From contig JBFIQI010000001.1 of the NCBI GenBank assembly GCA_041609715.1, forward strand, positions 9,911-73,910: 64,000 nt of DNA. Direction: 5' to 3'. The position numbers and the translations under genes were made by a program. Origin of the DNA: Gammaproteobacteria bacterium (lineage in GTDB: Bacteria; Pseudomonadota; Gammaproteobacteria; Steroidobacterales; JABDLF01). Under the pieces are notes generated by a model that was given only the letters and a program-made list of their open reading frames with translations, made no database searches and had not been told where the DNA came from. Shown piece by piece: positions 30,318-39,952 of this stretch. Positions within the stretch are counted from its first letter, which is position 1. Every line of letters starts with the position of its first letter.

Positions 30318-31379
30318 TTATACCAGCTTGACCACCTTCCCCGCGCTCACCGCAAAGCTTCGAGCGCAGCCCGAAGGCGCCAGGCCGCGGCTGTCCAGAC
30401 CGGTGACCAGGCGCTGAGTGCCCATGACGGCAACGCGCTCCATGAGGCGCTCCAGGGCGCCAGCATCCAGCTCCGCCGCAGGATCATCCAGCAGCAGCAA
30501 GCCGCTTCTGCCGGTGGCGTCCTGCAGCACGTCGAGCTGGGCCAGAATCAGCGCCGCCGCCAGCAGTTTCTGTTGCCCGCGTGAAACCCGGTCTCGGGCC
30601 GGGCTGCCGTCCAGGCGTATCCTGAGGTCTGCCCGGTGAGGTCCGGCGTGGGTGATGCCCCGTTGGCGGTCGCGTTGGGCGTTGGCGGCGGTGGCGGCTG
30701 GCAGATCGAGGTCCGCGGGCCAGCCGGGGGTGTATTCCACGCTGGCATTCTGGCCCAGCAAATGCTGGGCCGCCGCGGTCAGCCCTGCTGCGAGTTTTTG
30801 AATGTATTCCCTGCGCATCTCGGTGATTTGCTGCGCTGCAGCAAAAAGGGCCGGGTTCCAGGTGTCCGGGTCTGCCCCCGGTTGGCGCAAGGCGGCGTTT
30901 CTTTGTTTCAGGGCCCGGCGAAATTGCCGCCAGGCGCCCAGAAACCGGGGTTTCACGTGAAACACCCCCCAGTCCACAAAACGCCGCCGGTGGCCCGGGC
31001 CCTCCTCCACCAGCTTGTGGCTTTCCGGGTCGATGATTTGCACCGGCAGGCGCTCCGCCAGGTCCGCCAGCCCGCCAGCCGGCTCCCCGCCGACCCGGGC
31101 CTCGATGCCCCCGGGGCCGCCGCGCACCCCAAGCACCACGTCGTGCTCCGCCCAGCGCACATGCCCCACCACCTCAAAACAGCCCGCCCCACCCCGCACC
31201 AGGCGCTGGGCGCGGTGGGTTCTAAAGGACCGGCCCCGCCCAAGGAAATAGGCGGCCTCCAGGATGCTTGTTTTGCCGGCCCCGTTGGGGCCGAACACAT
31301 AGTTGTCTTCCGGCCCCAGCTCCAGGCAGGCCGCCTCGATGCAGCGCAGATTGCTGATTCTGAGCTCCCTCAGCAGCAC
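30318..31379 (-). CDS. recF: DNA replication and repair protein RecF
   Basis: GPNGAGKTSILEA Walker A, SRGQQKLL signature, LLLDDPAAELD Walker B. GTG start. Confidence 0.92.
   Translation of the reverse strand: MLLRELRISNLRCIEAACLELGPEDNYVFGPNGAGKTSILEAAYFLGRGRSFRTHRAQRLVRGGAGCFEVVGHVRWAEHDVVLGVRGGPGGIEARVGGEPAGGLADLAERLPVQIIDPESHKLVEEGPGHRRRFVDWGVFHVKPRFLGAWRQFRRALKQRNAALRQPGADPDTWNPALFAAAQQITEMRREYIQKLAAGLTAAAQHLLGQNASVEYTPGWPADLDLPAATAANAQRDRQRGITHAGPHRADLRIRLDGSPARDRVSRGQQKLLAAALILAQLDVLQDATGRSGLLLLDDPAAELDAGALERLMERVAVMGTQRLVTGLDSRGLAPSGCARSFAVSAGKVVKLV
30950..30963. repeat. 14-bp perfect palindrome GTTTCACGTGAAAC (copy inside recF)
   Basis: Read directly: ggGTTTCACGTGAAACac. It encodes VFHVKP of RecF on the minus strand. 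Confidence 0.9.
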
Positions 31380-31415
31380 GGCGGGGTCGGTTGGGGGTTT
31401 GGGGGGTCGCTCGGC

Positions 31416-31431
31416 CGTTTCACGTGAAACG
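31416..31431. repeat. 16-bp perfect palindrome CGTTTCACGTGAAACG (dnaN-recF spacer)
   Basis: Read directly. The same 14-bp core as at 30950, located 30 nt after the dnaN stop and 37 nt before the recF GTG. Confidence 0.9.
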
Positions 31432-31460
31432 CGGCAGGGCCAGCGCCCGGGCGCAGCCCG

Positions 31461-32555
31461 TCACAGCCGCATCGGCATCACAACATATTCGCAGCTTTGA
31501 TCGCCGGGCGCTGCGATCAGGCAGCTGCTGTTGGAGTCCTTGAGCCAGATCTCCACTTCCTCGCTGTCCACCGCCGCCAGGGCATCCAGGAGGTAGTTCA
31601 CGTTGAACCCGATTTCCAGCGGGTCCCCGGTGTAGGTCACCTCCACCTCTTCCTCAGCCTCTTCCTGCTCCGGGTTGTGGGCCTGGATTACCAGCCGCTC
31701 AGTGCCCACCTCCAGGCGAATGCCCCGGTATTTTTCATTGGAAAGAATCGCCGCCCGTTGCAGCGCATGGCGCAGCACCTCCCGGTCCGCGTGAATTGCC
31801 GGGCCCTCCGCGGCCGGTATCACCCGGCTGTATTCCGGGAACCGGCCATCGATCAGCTTGGAAGTAAAGCGGATGTCGCCCAGCTCAGCCCGGATGTGGT
31901 TGGCGCCGATACCCAGGGTCAGCGACCCGCCGCCTCCGATGAGCCGCTGCAGCTCCAGCACCCCCTTGCGGGGAACAATCACCTGCTGTGCGCCCTGGCC
32001 CTTCTCCAGCGCCACTTCGCACAAACCCAATCGGTGCCCGTCCGTGGCCACGCCCCGCAGGGTTTTGCCGTCTACCTCCAGCAGCAGCCCATTCAGGTAG
32101 TACCGCACATCTTGTTGGGCCATGGAAAAGTGTGTCTTCTCAAACAACCGCCGCGCCGCTTCCTGCTCCAGGGTCAGCTCCGTTTCCACCCCGATATCGT
32201 CCACCGTCGGGAATTCCCCGGCGGGCAGGGTGGCCAGGCTGAACCGGCTCCGCGCCGACGTCACCGTCGCCCTTTCATCGCTGACTGACACGGCAATCTT
32301 TGCCTTGTCGGGCAGGGCCCGGCAAATATCCGCCAGCTTCCGTCCGGGCACCGTAATCTCTCCGTCCTCGGCGCCTTCCACTGAGGCAGCCGCCACCAGC
32401 TCCACCTCGAGATCCGTCGCGGTTACCGTCAGGCGGTCGCCCTTTACCACCAACAAAAGGTTGGCCAGAATCGGCATGGTCTGGCGCCGCTCCACTACGC
32501 CGATCACGGCCTGGAGCGGTTCAAGGAGGGTTTCTCTCTGGGCGCTGAACTTCAT
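31461..32555 (-). CDS. dnaN: DNA polymerase III beta sliding clamp
   Basis: 364 aa; MKFSAQRETLLEPLQAVIGVVERRQTMPILANLLL and the C-terminal MPMRL. Confidence 0.94.
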   Translation of the reverse strand: MKFSAQRETLLEPLQAVIGVVERRQTMPILANLLLVVKGDRLTVTATDLEVELVAAASVEGAEDGEITVPGRKLADICRALPDKAKIAVSVSDERATVTSARSRFSLATLPAGEFPTVDDIGVETELTLEQEAARRLFEKTHFSMAQQDVRYYLNGLLLEVDGKTLRGVATDGHRLGLCEVALEKGQGAQQVIVPRKGVLELQRLIGGGGSLTLGIGANHIRAELGDIRFTSKLIDGRFPEYSRVIPAAEGPAIHADREVLRHALQRAAILSNEKYRGIRLEVGTERLVIQAHNPEQEEAEEEVEVTYTGDPLEIGFNVNYLLDALAAVDSEEVEIWLKDSNSSCLIAAPGDQSCEYVVMPMRL

Positions 32556-32760
32556 GAACTCACCTGTTTATATATATTGGATATATATCTTTATTGTATT
32601 TAAAGAGGCCCCGGTTCAGTGTGGAAAACCAAAAAACCCCTATTAATTTCAACAAGTTATAAAACTCTTTCTCTGTACAGCCCTGTTGTCTTGGGCCCCG
32701 CAAACTGGTAACAGCCTGTGGATAACTATTCGTGATTGTTGCGAACACAGCTTATCCACA
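32556..32760. other. Candidate chromosomal replication origin (oriC) or DnaA-box cluster with AT-rich unwinding element
   Basis: 32566-32605 has 34 A/T in 40 nt (gtttatatatattggatatatatctttattgtatttaaag). Perfect DnaA boxes TGTGGATAA at 32717-32725 and TTATCCACA at 32752-32760. One-mismatch box TGTGGAAAA at 32620-32628. Confidence 0.55.
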
Positions 32761-34089
32761 TCAAGTGGTCAGCGTTCTCAACAGGTTGAGATAATCCTCT
32801 CGAATCCGCGTGTCCGAACCGCGCAGCTCCTTCACCTTCCTGCAGGCATGGAGCACCGTCGTGTGGTCCCGACCCCCAAAGGCGTCCCCGATCTCGGGCA
32901 GGCTGTGGTTGGTCAATTCTTTCGCCAGCGACATGGCAATCTGGCGCGGGCGGGTGATGGACCGGCTGCGGCGCTTGGACAGCAGGTCGGCGACACGAAT
33001 TTTAAAGTATTCCGCCACGGTTTTCTGAATATTGTCGATAGTCACCAGCCGCTCCTGGAGCGCCAGCAAATCTCGCAACGCCTCGCGGGCGAGATCGATG
33101 GTGATGGTCTTGGCGGTAAAGTGTGCACTGGCAATGACCCTGCGCAGGGCCCCCTCCAGTTCGCGAATGTTGGAGCGGATACGCTTGGCAATAAAAAACG
33201 CCACTTCTTCCGGCAGGGTGATGCCCGTCGCCGCGGCCTTGCTCATAAGAATGGCCACGCTCGTTTCAAGTTCCGGCGGCTCCACCGAAACCGTAAGCCC
33301 CCAGCCAAATCGCGACTTCAGCCGCTCTTCAAGCCCGCTGACTTCTTTTGGGTAGCGATCACAGGTCAGAATCACTTGCTGGTTGTCCTCCAGCAGCGCG
33401 TTAAACGTATGGAAGAACTCTTCCTGGGAGCGCTCCTTGCCCGCAAAGAACTGGATGTCGTCGATGAGCAGCGCGTCCAACGACCGGTAGGCGCGCTTGA
33501 AATCGTTGATGGTGTTGTGCTGCAGCGCCCGCACCATGTCGCCCACGAAGCGCTCGGAGTGCACATAGGCGACGCTCGCGCCGGGGCTTTGCTCCCTGAT
33601 GGCATTGCCCACCGCCTGCATCAGGTGGGTCTTGCCCAGCCCGACGCCGCCGTAAATGAACAGCGGGTTGTAGGCGGTGCCGGGGTTCTCCGCCACCTGC
33701 GTGGCGGCAGCGCGGGCCAGCTGGTTGCTCTTGCCCTCGACAAAGGTCGCAAAGGTATATTCAGCGTTCAAGCGCGCGCCCACAATGGGGCCCCGCGGCG
33801 CGCCGCTCGCGGCTGGCGGCTGCGCGGCCGGTGTCGGCGCCGGCCTGCTGTGGCCCATATCCAGCATGACCTGCTGGCTGTTGTCGCCGGCCGCGCGCAC
33901 CGCCACCTCTGAGATGCGAGCCAGGTAATGCTCCCGCACCCAATCCACCACAAAACGATTGGGGGCGAGCAGCCGCAATACGCCCGGCTCTTCAACCGCC
34001 TGCAGCGGCCGAATCCAGGTGTTGAACTGCTGCTCTGGCACCTCGCCCTGGAGCTGCCGTACGCACTGGTTCCAAAGGGTTGTCTGCAC
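32761..34089 (-). CDS. dnaA: Chromosomal replication initiator protein DnaA
   Basis: [19 protein letters not shown] Walker A, LLIDDIQF, and the C-terminal DNA-binding [11 protein letters not shown] region. Confidence 0.96.
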   Translation of the reverse strand: MQTTLWNQCVRQLQGEVPEQQFNTWIRPLQAVEEPGVLRLLAPNRFVVDWVREHYLARISEVAVRAAGDNSQQVMLDMGHSRPAPTPAAQPPAASGAPRGPIVGARLNAEYTFATFVEGKSNQLARAAATQVAENPGTAYNPLFIYGGVGLGKTHLMQAVGNAIREQSPGASVAYVHSERFVGDMVRALQHNTINDFKRAYRSLDALLIDDIQFFAGKERSQEEFFHTFNALLEDNQQVILTCDRYPKEVSGLEERLKSRFGWGLTVSVEPPELETSVAILMSKAAATGITLPEEVAFFIAKRIRSNIRELEGALRRVIASAHFTAKTITIDLAREALRDLLALQERLVTIDNIQKTVAEYFKIRVADLLSKRRSRSITRPRQIAMSLAKELTNHSLPEIGDAFGGRDHTTVLHACRKVKELRGSDTRIREDYLNLLRTLTT

Positions 34090-34163
34090 CCCTGCTCCCT
34101 TGTTTGAATGCTATTGTGGCGGAAGCCGCGGAAAGCGCTCCAGTGTATACGTGCTGATCGCGC

Positions 34164-34172
34164 TTATCCACA
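34164..34172. promoter_or_regulatory. Perfect DnaA box upstream of dnaA
   Basis: TTATCCACA read directly, 75 nt upstream of the dnaA ATG. It is the only perfect box in the rpmH-dnaA spacer. Confidence 0.6.
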
Positions 34173-34205
34173 GGCAAAAACGCTGCTCGCAGCGACGGCG
34201 CCCGG

Positions 34206-34234
34206 TTGACACCCCCGGGGCCGACCGGTACCCT
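34206..34234 (+). promoter_or_regulatory. Possible sigma-70 promoter of rpmH
   Basis: TTGACA (34206-34211), a 17-nt spacer, then TACCCT (34229-34234; T1, A2 and T6 conserved), about 70 nt upstream of rpmH. Confidence 0.4.
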
Positions 34235-34302
34235 TGCCGGCCGTTTCGGGGGGCCGAAAACCCCGCGACACCCCAATCAGAAATCAAGCGCCGGGCTGAA
34301 CC

Positions 34303-34437
34303 ATGAAACGCACCTTTCAACCAAGCAATTTGCGCCGCAAACGGACGCACGGCTTTCGGGCCCGGATGGCGTCGAAAAGCGGGCGCGCTATTCTTAATCG
34401 CCGCCGCCGCAAGGGCCGGGCGCGGCTCTGCCCGTAA
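34303..34437 (+). CDS. rpmH: 50S ribosomal protein L34
   Basis: Not in the ORF track (44 aa). Hand translation gives [44 protein letters not shown], with stop TAA at 34435-34437. Confidence 0.93.
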   Translation: MKRTFQPSNLRRKRTHGFRARMASKSGRAILNRRRRKGRARLCP

Positions 34438-34823
34438 GCCCCGCCAACCCGGCGGTTCGGCGCAACAGGCTTCCCGGCAGCGGTCGACTCAGGCATGCCG
34501 CCGACTACCAGGCCGTATTCGACAAAGCCGTGCGAGCGGCCGACCAACGCTTCACGCTACTGGCGCGGCCCAACCACCACGGCCGTGCGCGACTGGGCCT
34601 GGTGGTGTCTGCACGCGCAGCCGGCAACGCGGTCAGGCGCAACCGCATAAAACGGGCGGCCAGGGAAAGTTTTCGGAACCTGCAGCATGAGCTTGGAGAT
34701 ATCGATGTCGTTGTTTTGGCGCGACCCGGGGCGGGAGAAGCGGCGCCGGGGGAACTCAACACCAGCCTTACAAAGCTCCTGCGGAGCCTGAGCCGAAAGT
34801 GCGCAGAGTCATCACCCGCCTAA
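34428..34823 (+). CDS. rnpA: Ribonuclease P protein component (start codon uncertain)
   Basis: [35 protein letters not shown]...[14 protein letters not shown] reads like RnpA from its N-terminal FP..RLL..F..VF region onward. That region lies upstream of the listed GTG at 34530. The only start-like codon in the open frame is CTG at 34428. Confidence 0.85.
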   Translation: MPVSPANPAVRRNRLPGSGRLRHAADYQAVFDKAVRAADQRFTLLARPNHHGRARLGLVVSARAAGNAVRRNRIKRAARESFRNLQHELGDIDVVVLARPGAGEAAPGELNTSLTKLLRSLSRKCAESSPA

Positions 34824-35026
34824 TCCGCATTTATCAGCGCCTGTTCAGCGGCCTGTTTGGGCCGCGCTGCCGCTTTTATCCCAGCTGCTCCGCATATGCG
34901 GCCGAAGCCGTGGCGCGCCACGGCGCCGCACGTGGCGGCTGGCTGTCAGTGCGGCGCATAGCCCGCTGCCACCCCTGGCACCCCGGCGGCGTCGACATGG
35001 TTCCCGGGGGCCGCCGGGATGGATAA
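34799..35026 (+). CDS. yidD: Membrane protein insertion efficiency factor YidD
   Basis: [26 protein letters not shown]...[15 protein letters not shown] start overlapping the rnpA 3' end. Confidence 0.88.
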   Translation: MRRVITRLIRIYQRLFSGLFGPRCRFYPSCSAYAAEAVARHGAARGGWLSVRRIARCHPWHPGGVDMVPGGRRDG

Positions 35027-36668
35027 TCAGCGCTTCCTGTTGTGGGCCTCATTCGCCCTGGTCTTGTTCCTGATCTACCAGGCCTGGATGCAGGACTACC
35101 ACGCGCCCGCCACCGGCCAGCAACCCCAGCCGCAAGCCGCGCAACCCGCGGGCCAGGCGCCGGCGGATGGCGAGCTGCCCGGCCTCGAAGACCTGGCGCC
35201 GCCGGCTGCGCCGGCCGTGACCGCTGTCAGCACCGAGACGCCTCCCGCAGAACTGGTGAGCGTGGTGACGGACGTGCTCGATTTGCGCATCGCCAACGAG
35301 GGTGGGGCGCTGGTGTATGCGGCCTTGCGGGGGTATCCGCTGGAAAAATCCCGACCCGAGGACCCCGTCGTGTTGCTGGATATCGACCAGGACTATTTCG
35401 TGGTGCAGGCCGGCCTGCGGGCCGCGAACGGCGGGGAGGAACCGAATCACCGCGCCCGCTGGGAAACCGAGCAAAAAGAGTACCGCCTGCAGCCGGGGCA
35501 GGAAGCGCTGAGCGTGGTGTTGCGCTGGCGAGGAGAGGGGCTGTCGGCCACCCGCACCTATCGCTTCAGCCGGGGCAGCTATCTGGTCAAAATCGAAACC
35601 CGCCTGGATAACGCCGGGCCGGCCCCCTGGCGGGGCGTCGACTATGTGCAGCTGATTCGGGCCAACCGCAACATAGAGCGCTCGTTTGCTTCGGTGGAGT
35701 CTTATTCCTATCGCGGCCCGGCCGTGTTCGACGGCGAACGTTATGAAAAGCTCGATGCGGGCGACCTCGAGGAGGGCCCGTGGCAGGTCACCACCCAAGA
35801 GGGCTGGCTGGCGCTCATCCAGCACCACTTCCTCGTGGCCACCATCCCGCCGCGGGACAGCCCGTATCGGCTGGAGGCCATGCTGCTGGAAAGCGATCGT
35901 TTCCTGCTGCGCGCCCTGGGCCCGGCGCGAGAAGTGCCGGCCGGTGGCAGCACGACGTTTGACGAGCGGGTTTTCATCGGGCCCAAGCTGCACAATCAGC
36001 TCGCCGCGGTTGGAAAAAAGCTGACCCTGACCGTGGACTATGGCTTCACGTCCATCATTGCACAGCCGCTGTTTTGGGTCTTGAACAAAATCCACGGCGT
36101 GGTGGGCAACTGGGGCTGGGCGATCATTCTCCTGACCCTGCTCATCAAGATTGTTTTTTACAAGCTGGCCGAGACGAGCGGGCGCTCGATGGCCAAGATG
36201 CGCAAGCTGCAGCCACGCATGAAGGCGTTACAGGAGCGCTACAAAGACGACCGGCAAAAACTCAGCCAGGCCATGATGGCGCTGTACAAAGAAGAGAAGG
36301 CCAATCCGGCGGCAGGCTGTCTGCCGCTGCTGGTGCAGATGCCGGTGTTCTTTGCGCTGTACTGGGTGCTGATCGAGAGCGTGGAGTTGCGCCAGGCGCC
36401 ATGGGTGCTGTGGATCAACGACCTGTCCTCCAGGGACCCGTTTTTTATACTGCCGGTGTTGATGGGCATCAGCATGTTTGCGATGCAAAAGCTCAATCCG
36501 CAACCCACCGACCCGGTGCAGGCCAAGGTCATGCTGGCCATGCCCCTGATGATGGGCGCCTTCATGGCGGTTTTCCCTTCGGGCCTGGTGCTTTACTGGC
36601 TGGTCAACAACCTCCTGTCCATTGCTCAGCAGTGGCACATCAACCGGGTCGTGGAGGCGGAGCGCTAA
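35019..36668 (+). CDS. yidC: Membrane protein insertase YidC
   Basis: 549 aa with an N-terminal TM, a large periplasmic domain, [18 protein letters not shown], and [16 protein letters not shown]. Confidence 0.93.
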   Translation: MDNQRFLLWASFALVLFLIYQAWMQDYHAPATGQQPQPQAAQPAGQAPADGELPGLEDLAPPAAPAVTAVSTETPPAELVSVVTDVLDLRIANEGGALVYAALRGYPLEKSRPEDPVVLLDIDQDYFVVQAGLRAANGGEEPNHRARWETEQKEYRLQPGQEALSVVLRWRGEGLSATRTYRFSRGSYLVKIETRLDNAGPAPWRGVDYVQLIRANRNIERSFASVESYSYRGPAVFDGERYEKLDAGDLEEGPWQVTTQEGWLALIQHHFLVATIPPRDSPYRLEAMLLESDRFLLRALGPAREVPAGGSTTFDERVFIGPKLHNQLAAVGKKLTLTVDYGFTSIIAQPLFWVLNKIHGVVGNWGWAIILLTLLIKIVFYKLAETSGRSMAKMRKLQPRMKALQERYKDDRQKLSQAMMALYKEEKANPAAGCLPLLVQMPVFFALYWVLIESVELRQAPWVLWINDLSSRDPFFILPVLMGISMFAMQKLNPQPTDPVQAKVMLAMPLMMGAFMAVFPSGLVLYWLVNNLLSIAQQWHINRVVEAER

Positions 36669-36825
36669 CAGCACCCACCGGGTGGGGCGGCAGGGCCCCG
36701 CCAATGTTCCGTCCGAGACCGCCCCGGCAGCGGGGCCATCGGCCTCTGGTCCGACAACAGGCCGGGCACACCGCGCAGCGAGCGCTTCTGCTATCTTTGC
36801 CGACCACGCATCACAGGAGCCTGGC

Positions 36826-38190
36826 ATGACCGTGTCGGCCGACGCCGCCCCTGCAGAAACCATTGTTGCGGTCGCCACGCCCCCGGGGCGGGGCGGGGTC
36901 GGCATCGTGCGGGTTTCGGGCCCGCTGGCGCAGTCCGTCGCCACCCAGGTGCTGGGGGCGTGCCCGGCGCCGCGCCAGGCAACGCTAAGACGTTTCCGGG
37001 ACGAAAACGGCCAGATGCTGGACGAGGGCATCGCGCTGTTCTTCGCGGCCCCCAATTCATTTACCGGCGAAGACGTACTGGAGTTCCAGGGCCATGGTGG
37101 GCCGCAGGTCATGGATCTCCTGGTGTCCCGCGTTCTGGCCCTGGGCGCACGCATGGCCGGGCCGGGAGAATTTTCTTTGCGGGCCTTTCTTAATGACCGC
37201 CTGGACCTGGTGCAGGCGGAGGCCATCGCCGATCTCATCGACAGCGGCTCGGCGGAGGCGGCACGCGCGGCAGCGCGTTCGCTTCAGGGCGAGTTTTCCA
37301 GCCAGGTGCATGAGTTGGTGGAGGCGCTGACGGGGCTGCGCATGTACGTGGAGGCGGCCATCGATTTTCCCGAGGAGGAGGTGGACTTTCTTTCTGATAC
37401 TGCGCTGGAGTCGCGGCTGCAGGATGTGTTCGGGCGCTTTGATCGGCTCGCGGCGGGTGTGCGCCAGGGCCGTTTGTTGCGAGAAGGCATGACCGTGGTG
37501 CTGGCGGGAAGACCCAACGTGGGCAAGTCCAGCCTGTTGAACCAGCTAGCGGGCCGCGACGCGGCAATCGTCACGCACCTGCCGGGCACGACGCGAGATC
37601 TGCTGCGGGAAGAGATTCAGATCGACGGCATGCCCTTGCATGTGGTGGACACCGCCGGCCTGCGAACCGGAGCAGACGTGGTGGAGCAAGAGGGGGTGCG
37701 CCGGGCACGCTCGGCGGCGCGCTCGGCCGACCTGGTTCTGCTGGTGAGCGATGCCACCAGCGGGGAGCCGGCACAACGCGCGCGTCTGCGTGACGAGCTT
37801 CCGGGCGAGGTGCCCGTAACCTTGCTGAGAAACAAAATCGATCTGACCGGCGAGCCGCCCGGCACGGTTGCGGGCCGCGAAAACACCTTGAACGTTTCGG
37901 CGCGAACCGGTGCCGGAATGGAGTCCCTCAGGGCGCACCTCAAGGAGGTGATGGGCTACCGGGAACCGGAGGCTGGCGCCTTCAGTGCGCGCCGCCGCCA
38001 CCTGCAAGCGCTGGCCGCGGCCCGGGCCCATGCAGAAGCGGGCCGGCGACAATTGCAGGGGGGCAGGGCGGGCGAGCTGCTGGCAGAAGAGCTGCGCCTG
38101 GCCCAACAGGCGCTTGCCGAGATAACGGGTGAATTCACCAGCGACGACTTGCTGGGCAGGATTTTTCAGGATTTTTGCATCGGCAAGTGA
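36826..38190 (+). CDS. mnmE: tRNA modification GTPase MnmE
   Basis: [23 protein letters not shown]-domain [12 protein letters not shown] / DTAGLR / NKID, C-terminal FCIGK. The ATG at 36826 has an aggag SD; the listed ORF is over-extended. Confidence 0.93.
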   Translation: MTVSADAAPAETIVAVATPPGRGGVGIVRVSGPLAQSVATQVLGACPAPRQATLRRFRDENGQMLDEGIALFFAAPNSFTGEDVLEFQGHGGPQVMDLLVSRVLALGARMAGPGEFSLRAFLNDRLDLVQAEAIADLIDSGSAEAARAAARSLQGEFSSQVHELVEALTGLRMYVEAAIDFPEEEVDFLSDTALESRLQDVFGRFDRLAAGVRQGRLLREGMTVVLAGRPNVGKSSLLNQLAGRDAAIVTHLPGTTRDLLREEIQIDGMPLHVVDTAGLRTGADVVEQEGVRRARSAARSADLVLLVSDATSGEPAQRARLRDELPGEVPVTLLRNKIDLTGEPPGTVAGRENTLNVSARTGAGMESLRAHLKEVMGYREPEAGAFSARRRHLQALAAARAHAEAGRRQLQGGRAGELLAEELRLAQQALAEITGEFTSDDLLGRIFQDFCIGK

Positions 38191-38339
38191 GGCCGTGATA
38201 TTGCAAACCGGACCGCACCAGGCAGCGGGGCGCCCGGAGCAATAAGGGAAAATGCTTACCCCCATGCGCCGATTCCCATTGCCGCAGGCGCACCGCGCCC
38301 GGTAGACTTTTTGCCTTCGGTTATTGCCGCGAACCCCTT

Positions 38340-39731
38340 ATGTCCATGACCGCGCCGTTTGATAAAGACCTGATTCGACGTTACGAGGGCCCCGGGCCCC
38401 GCTATACGTCTTATCCCACAGCCGTCCAGTTCACCGAAGAATTTACCCGGGACGACTACCGCGCGCTGTGTGAGCGCAGCAATACCGCGGAACCGCGCAA
38501 GCCCCTGGCGGCTTACGTGCACGTGCCATTTTGTGCTTCGCTTTGTTACTACTGCGCCTGCAGCAAGATCGTGACCCGGCACCCGGAAAAAGTCAGAGCC
38601 TACCTGGAGCGTCTGCACCGGGAAATCGAAATGCAGTCCGGGCTGCTGGAGAGCGGTCGGCCGCTTCGACAGCTGCATTTTGGTGGCGGTACGCCAACCT
38701 ACCTGAGCGCGCAACAAATGGCCCAGTTGATGCGGGCGCTGGAAAGTAGTTTCGGTTTCGCCGCGCCCTCGGAGCGGGAATTTTCCATCGAGATCGATCC
38801 GCGCACCCTGGGCCCCAACTGTTTGCCGACCCTTCGGGAGCAGGGCTTCGATCGCGTGAGCTTTGGCGTGCAGGACCTGGACCCCAGGGTGCAAGCCGCG
38901 ATCAACCGGCTGCAGCCGGTTGAAATGACTCTGGCTGCCATAGAGGGTGCGCGATCTGCGGGCTTTGGCGCCCTGTCTCTGGACCTGATCTACGGGCTGC
39001 CGCACCAGAGTGTCGCCAGCTTCAGCCGGACGCTAGACCAGATCATAGCGGCCCGGCCCGAGCGACTCGCGGTTTACAACTATGCACATCTGCCCAACCT
39101 GTTCCGGGCGCAGCGCCTGATCGATGCGGCTGATTTGCCCGACGCAGAAGAGAAGCTGGAAATCTTCGCCGAGACGGTTCGCCGCCTGAGCGCTGCCGGT
39201 TATGTATATATCGGCCTGGACCACTTCGCGCTGCCGGATGACGCACTGGTGCTGGCGCAACGGGACCGCAGCCTGCAAAGAAACTTTCAGGGTTATTCCA
39301 CCCATGCGGAGTGTGATTTGCTGGGGCTGGGCCTTACGGCCATTGGCAAAATGGCAGATGGCTACAGCCAGAACGCCAAGGCCCTGGCGGATTACTACGC
39401 GGCCATCGACGCCGGTCATTTGCCCATAGCCCGGGGCTTGCGCCTCAGTCGCGACGATCGCATCCGGCGCGCCGTGATCCAGGCGCTGATGTGTCATGCC
39501 ACGCTGCCATATGCTGACATCGAGGCGCGCTTCGACATCGATTTTGCCGATTACTTCGCCCGCGAGCTGGCCGGTCTCGAGCCGCTGGCGGCGGACGGGC
39601 TGGTTGGCCTGGGCAACCAGGAAATCCGGGTCACCGACAGCGGGCGTTTTTTCTTGCGCCCCATTGCCATGGTGTTCGATACCTACCTGAAGGACGGCTC
39701 CACAGCCGGCCGGTTTTCCAAGGCCGTCTGA
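38340..39731 (+). CDS. hemN: Oxygen-independent coproporphyrinogen III oxidase (radical SAM)
   Basis: YVHVPFCASLCYYCAC (CxxxCxxC), HFGGGTP and RNFQGY motifs; 463 aa. Confidence 0.9.
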   Translation: MSMTAPFDKDLIRRYEGPGPRYTSYPTAVQFTEEFTRDDYRALCERSNTAEPRKPLAAYVHVPFCASLCYYCACSKIVTRHPEKVRAYLERLHREIEMQSGLLESGRPLRQLHFGGGTPTYLSAQQMAQLMRALESSFGFAAPSEREFSIEIDPRTLGPNCLPTLREQGFDRVSFGVQDLDPRVQAAINRLQPVEMTLAAIEGARSAGFGALSLDLIYGLPHQSVASFSRTLDQIIAARPERLAVYNYAHLPNLFRAQRLIDAADLPDAEEKLEIFAETVRRLSAAGYVYIGLDHFALPDDALVLAQRDRSLQRNFQGYSTHAECDLLGLGLTAIGKMADGYSQNAKALADYYAAIDAGHLPIARGLRLSRDDRIRRAVIQALMCHATLPYADIEARFDIDFADYFARELAGLEPLAADGLVGLGNQEIRVTDSGRFFLRPIAMVFDTYLKDGSTAGRFSKAV

Positions 39732-39791
39732 CCGGCAGACTCGCGGTTGGCCTCGGGCCGCGGCGGGCCCGCCGGGCAGCCGCCATGAAAC

Positions 39792-39807
39792 TGTGATGCG
39801 CGTCACA
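39792..39807. promoter_or_regulatory. CRP/Vfr/Clp-type site (TGTGA-N6-TCACA); alternatively a weak hairpin terminator
   Basis: aaacTGTGAtgcgcgTCACAttttttt read directly. Both half-sites are perfect and A/T flanks are present. 60 nt after the hemN stop and 146-161 nt before the HD-GYP GTG. Confidence 0.45.
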
Positions 39808-39873
39808 TTTTTTTCCAAAATCCCCAATGCCACGGCGATAAATTGCCCGACTGCCGGGTAATTATGTGAAAAC

Positions 39874-39887
39874 TTGATTTGTATCAC
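39874..39887. promoter_or_regulatory. FNR/Anr-like site
   Basis: TTGAT-TTGT-ATCAC matches 9 of 10 specified positions of TTGAT-N4-ATCAA, centred about 72 nt upstream of the HD-GYP start codon. Confidence 0.3.
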
Positions 39888-39952
39888 ACCGTTACGGCTC
39901 CGTTTGCACCACCATTGCGCTTAGTCGGGTAGCCTGCTTTGGAGCGACGCAC

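Noticed and set aside
34495-34620. An ATG at 34495 as a possible rnpA start.
   Set aside because: It is in a different frame from the conserved RnpA sequence and yields a short Pro/Thr/Arg-rich peptide.
38191-38339. Expected FNR/Anr box upstream of hemN.
   Set aside because: No TTGAT-N4-ATCAA-like sequence is evident by eye in the mnmE-hemN spacer. The only FNR-like match is downstream of hemN, at 39874-39887.
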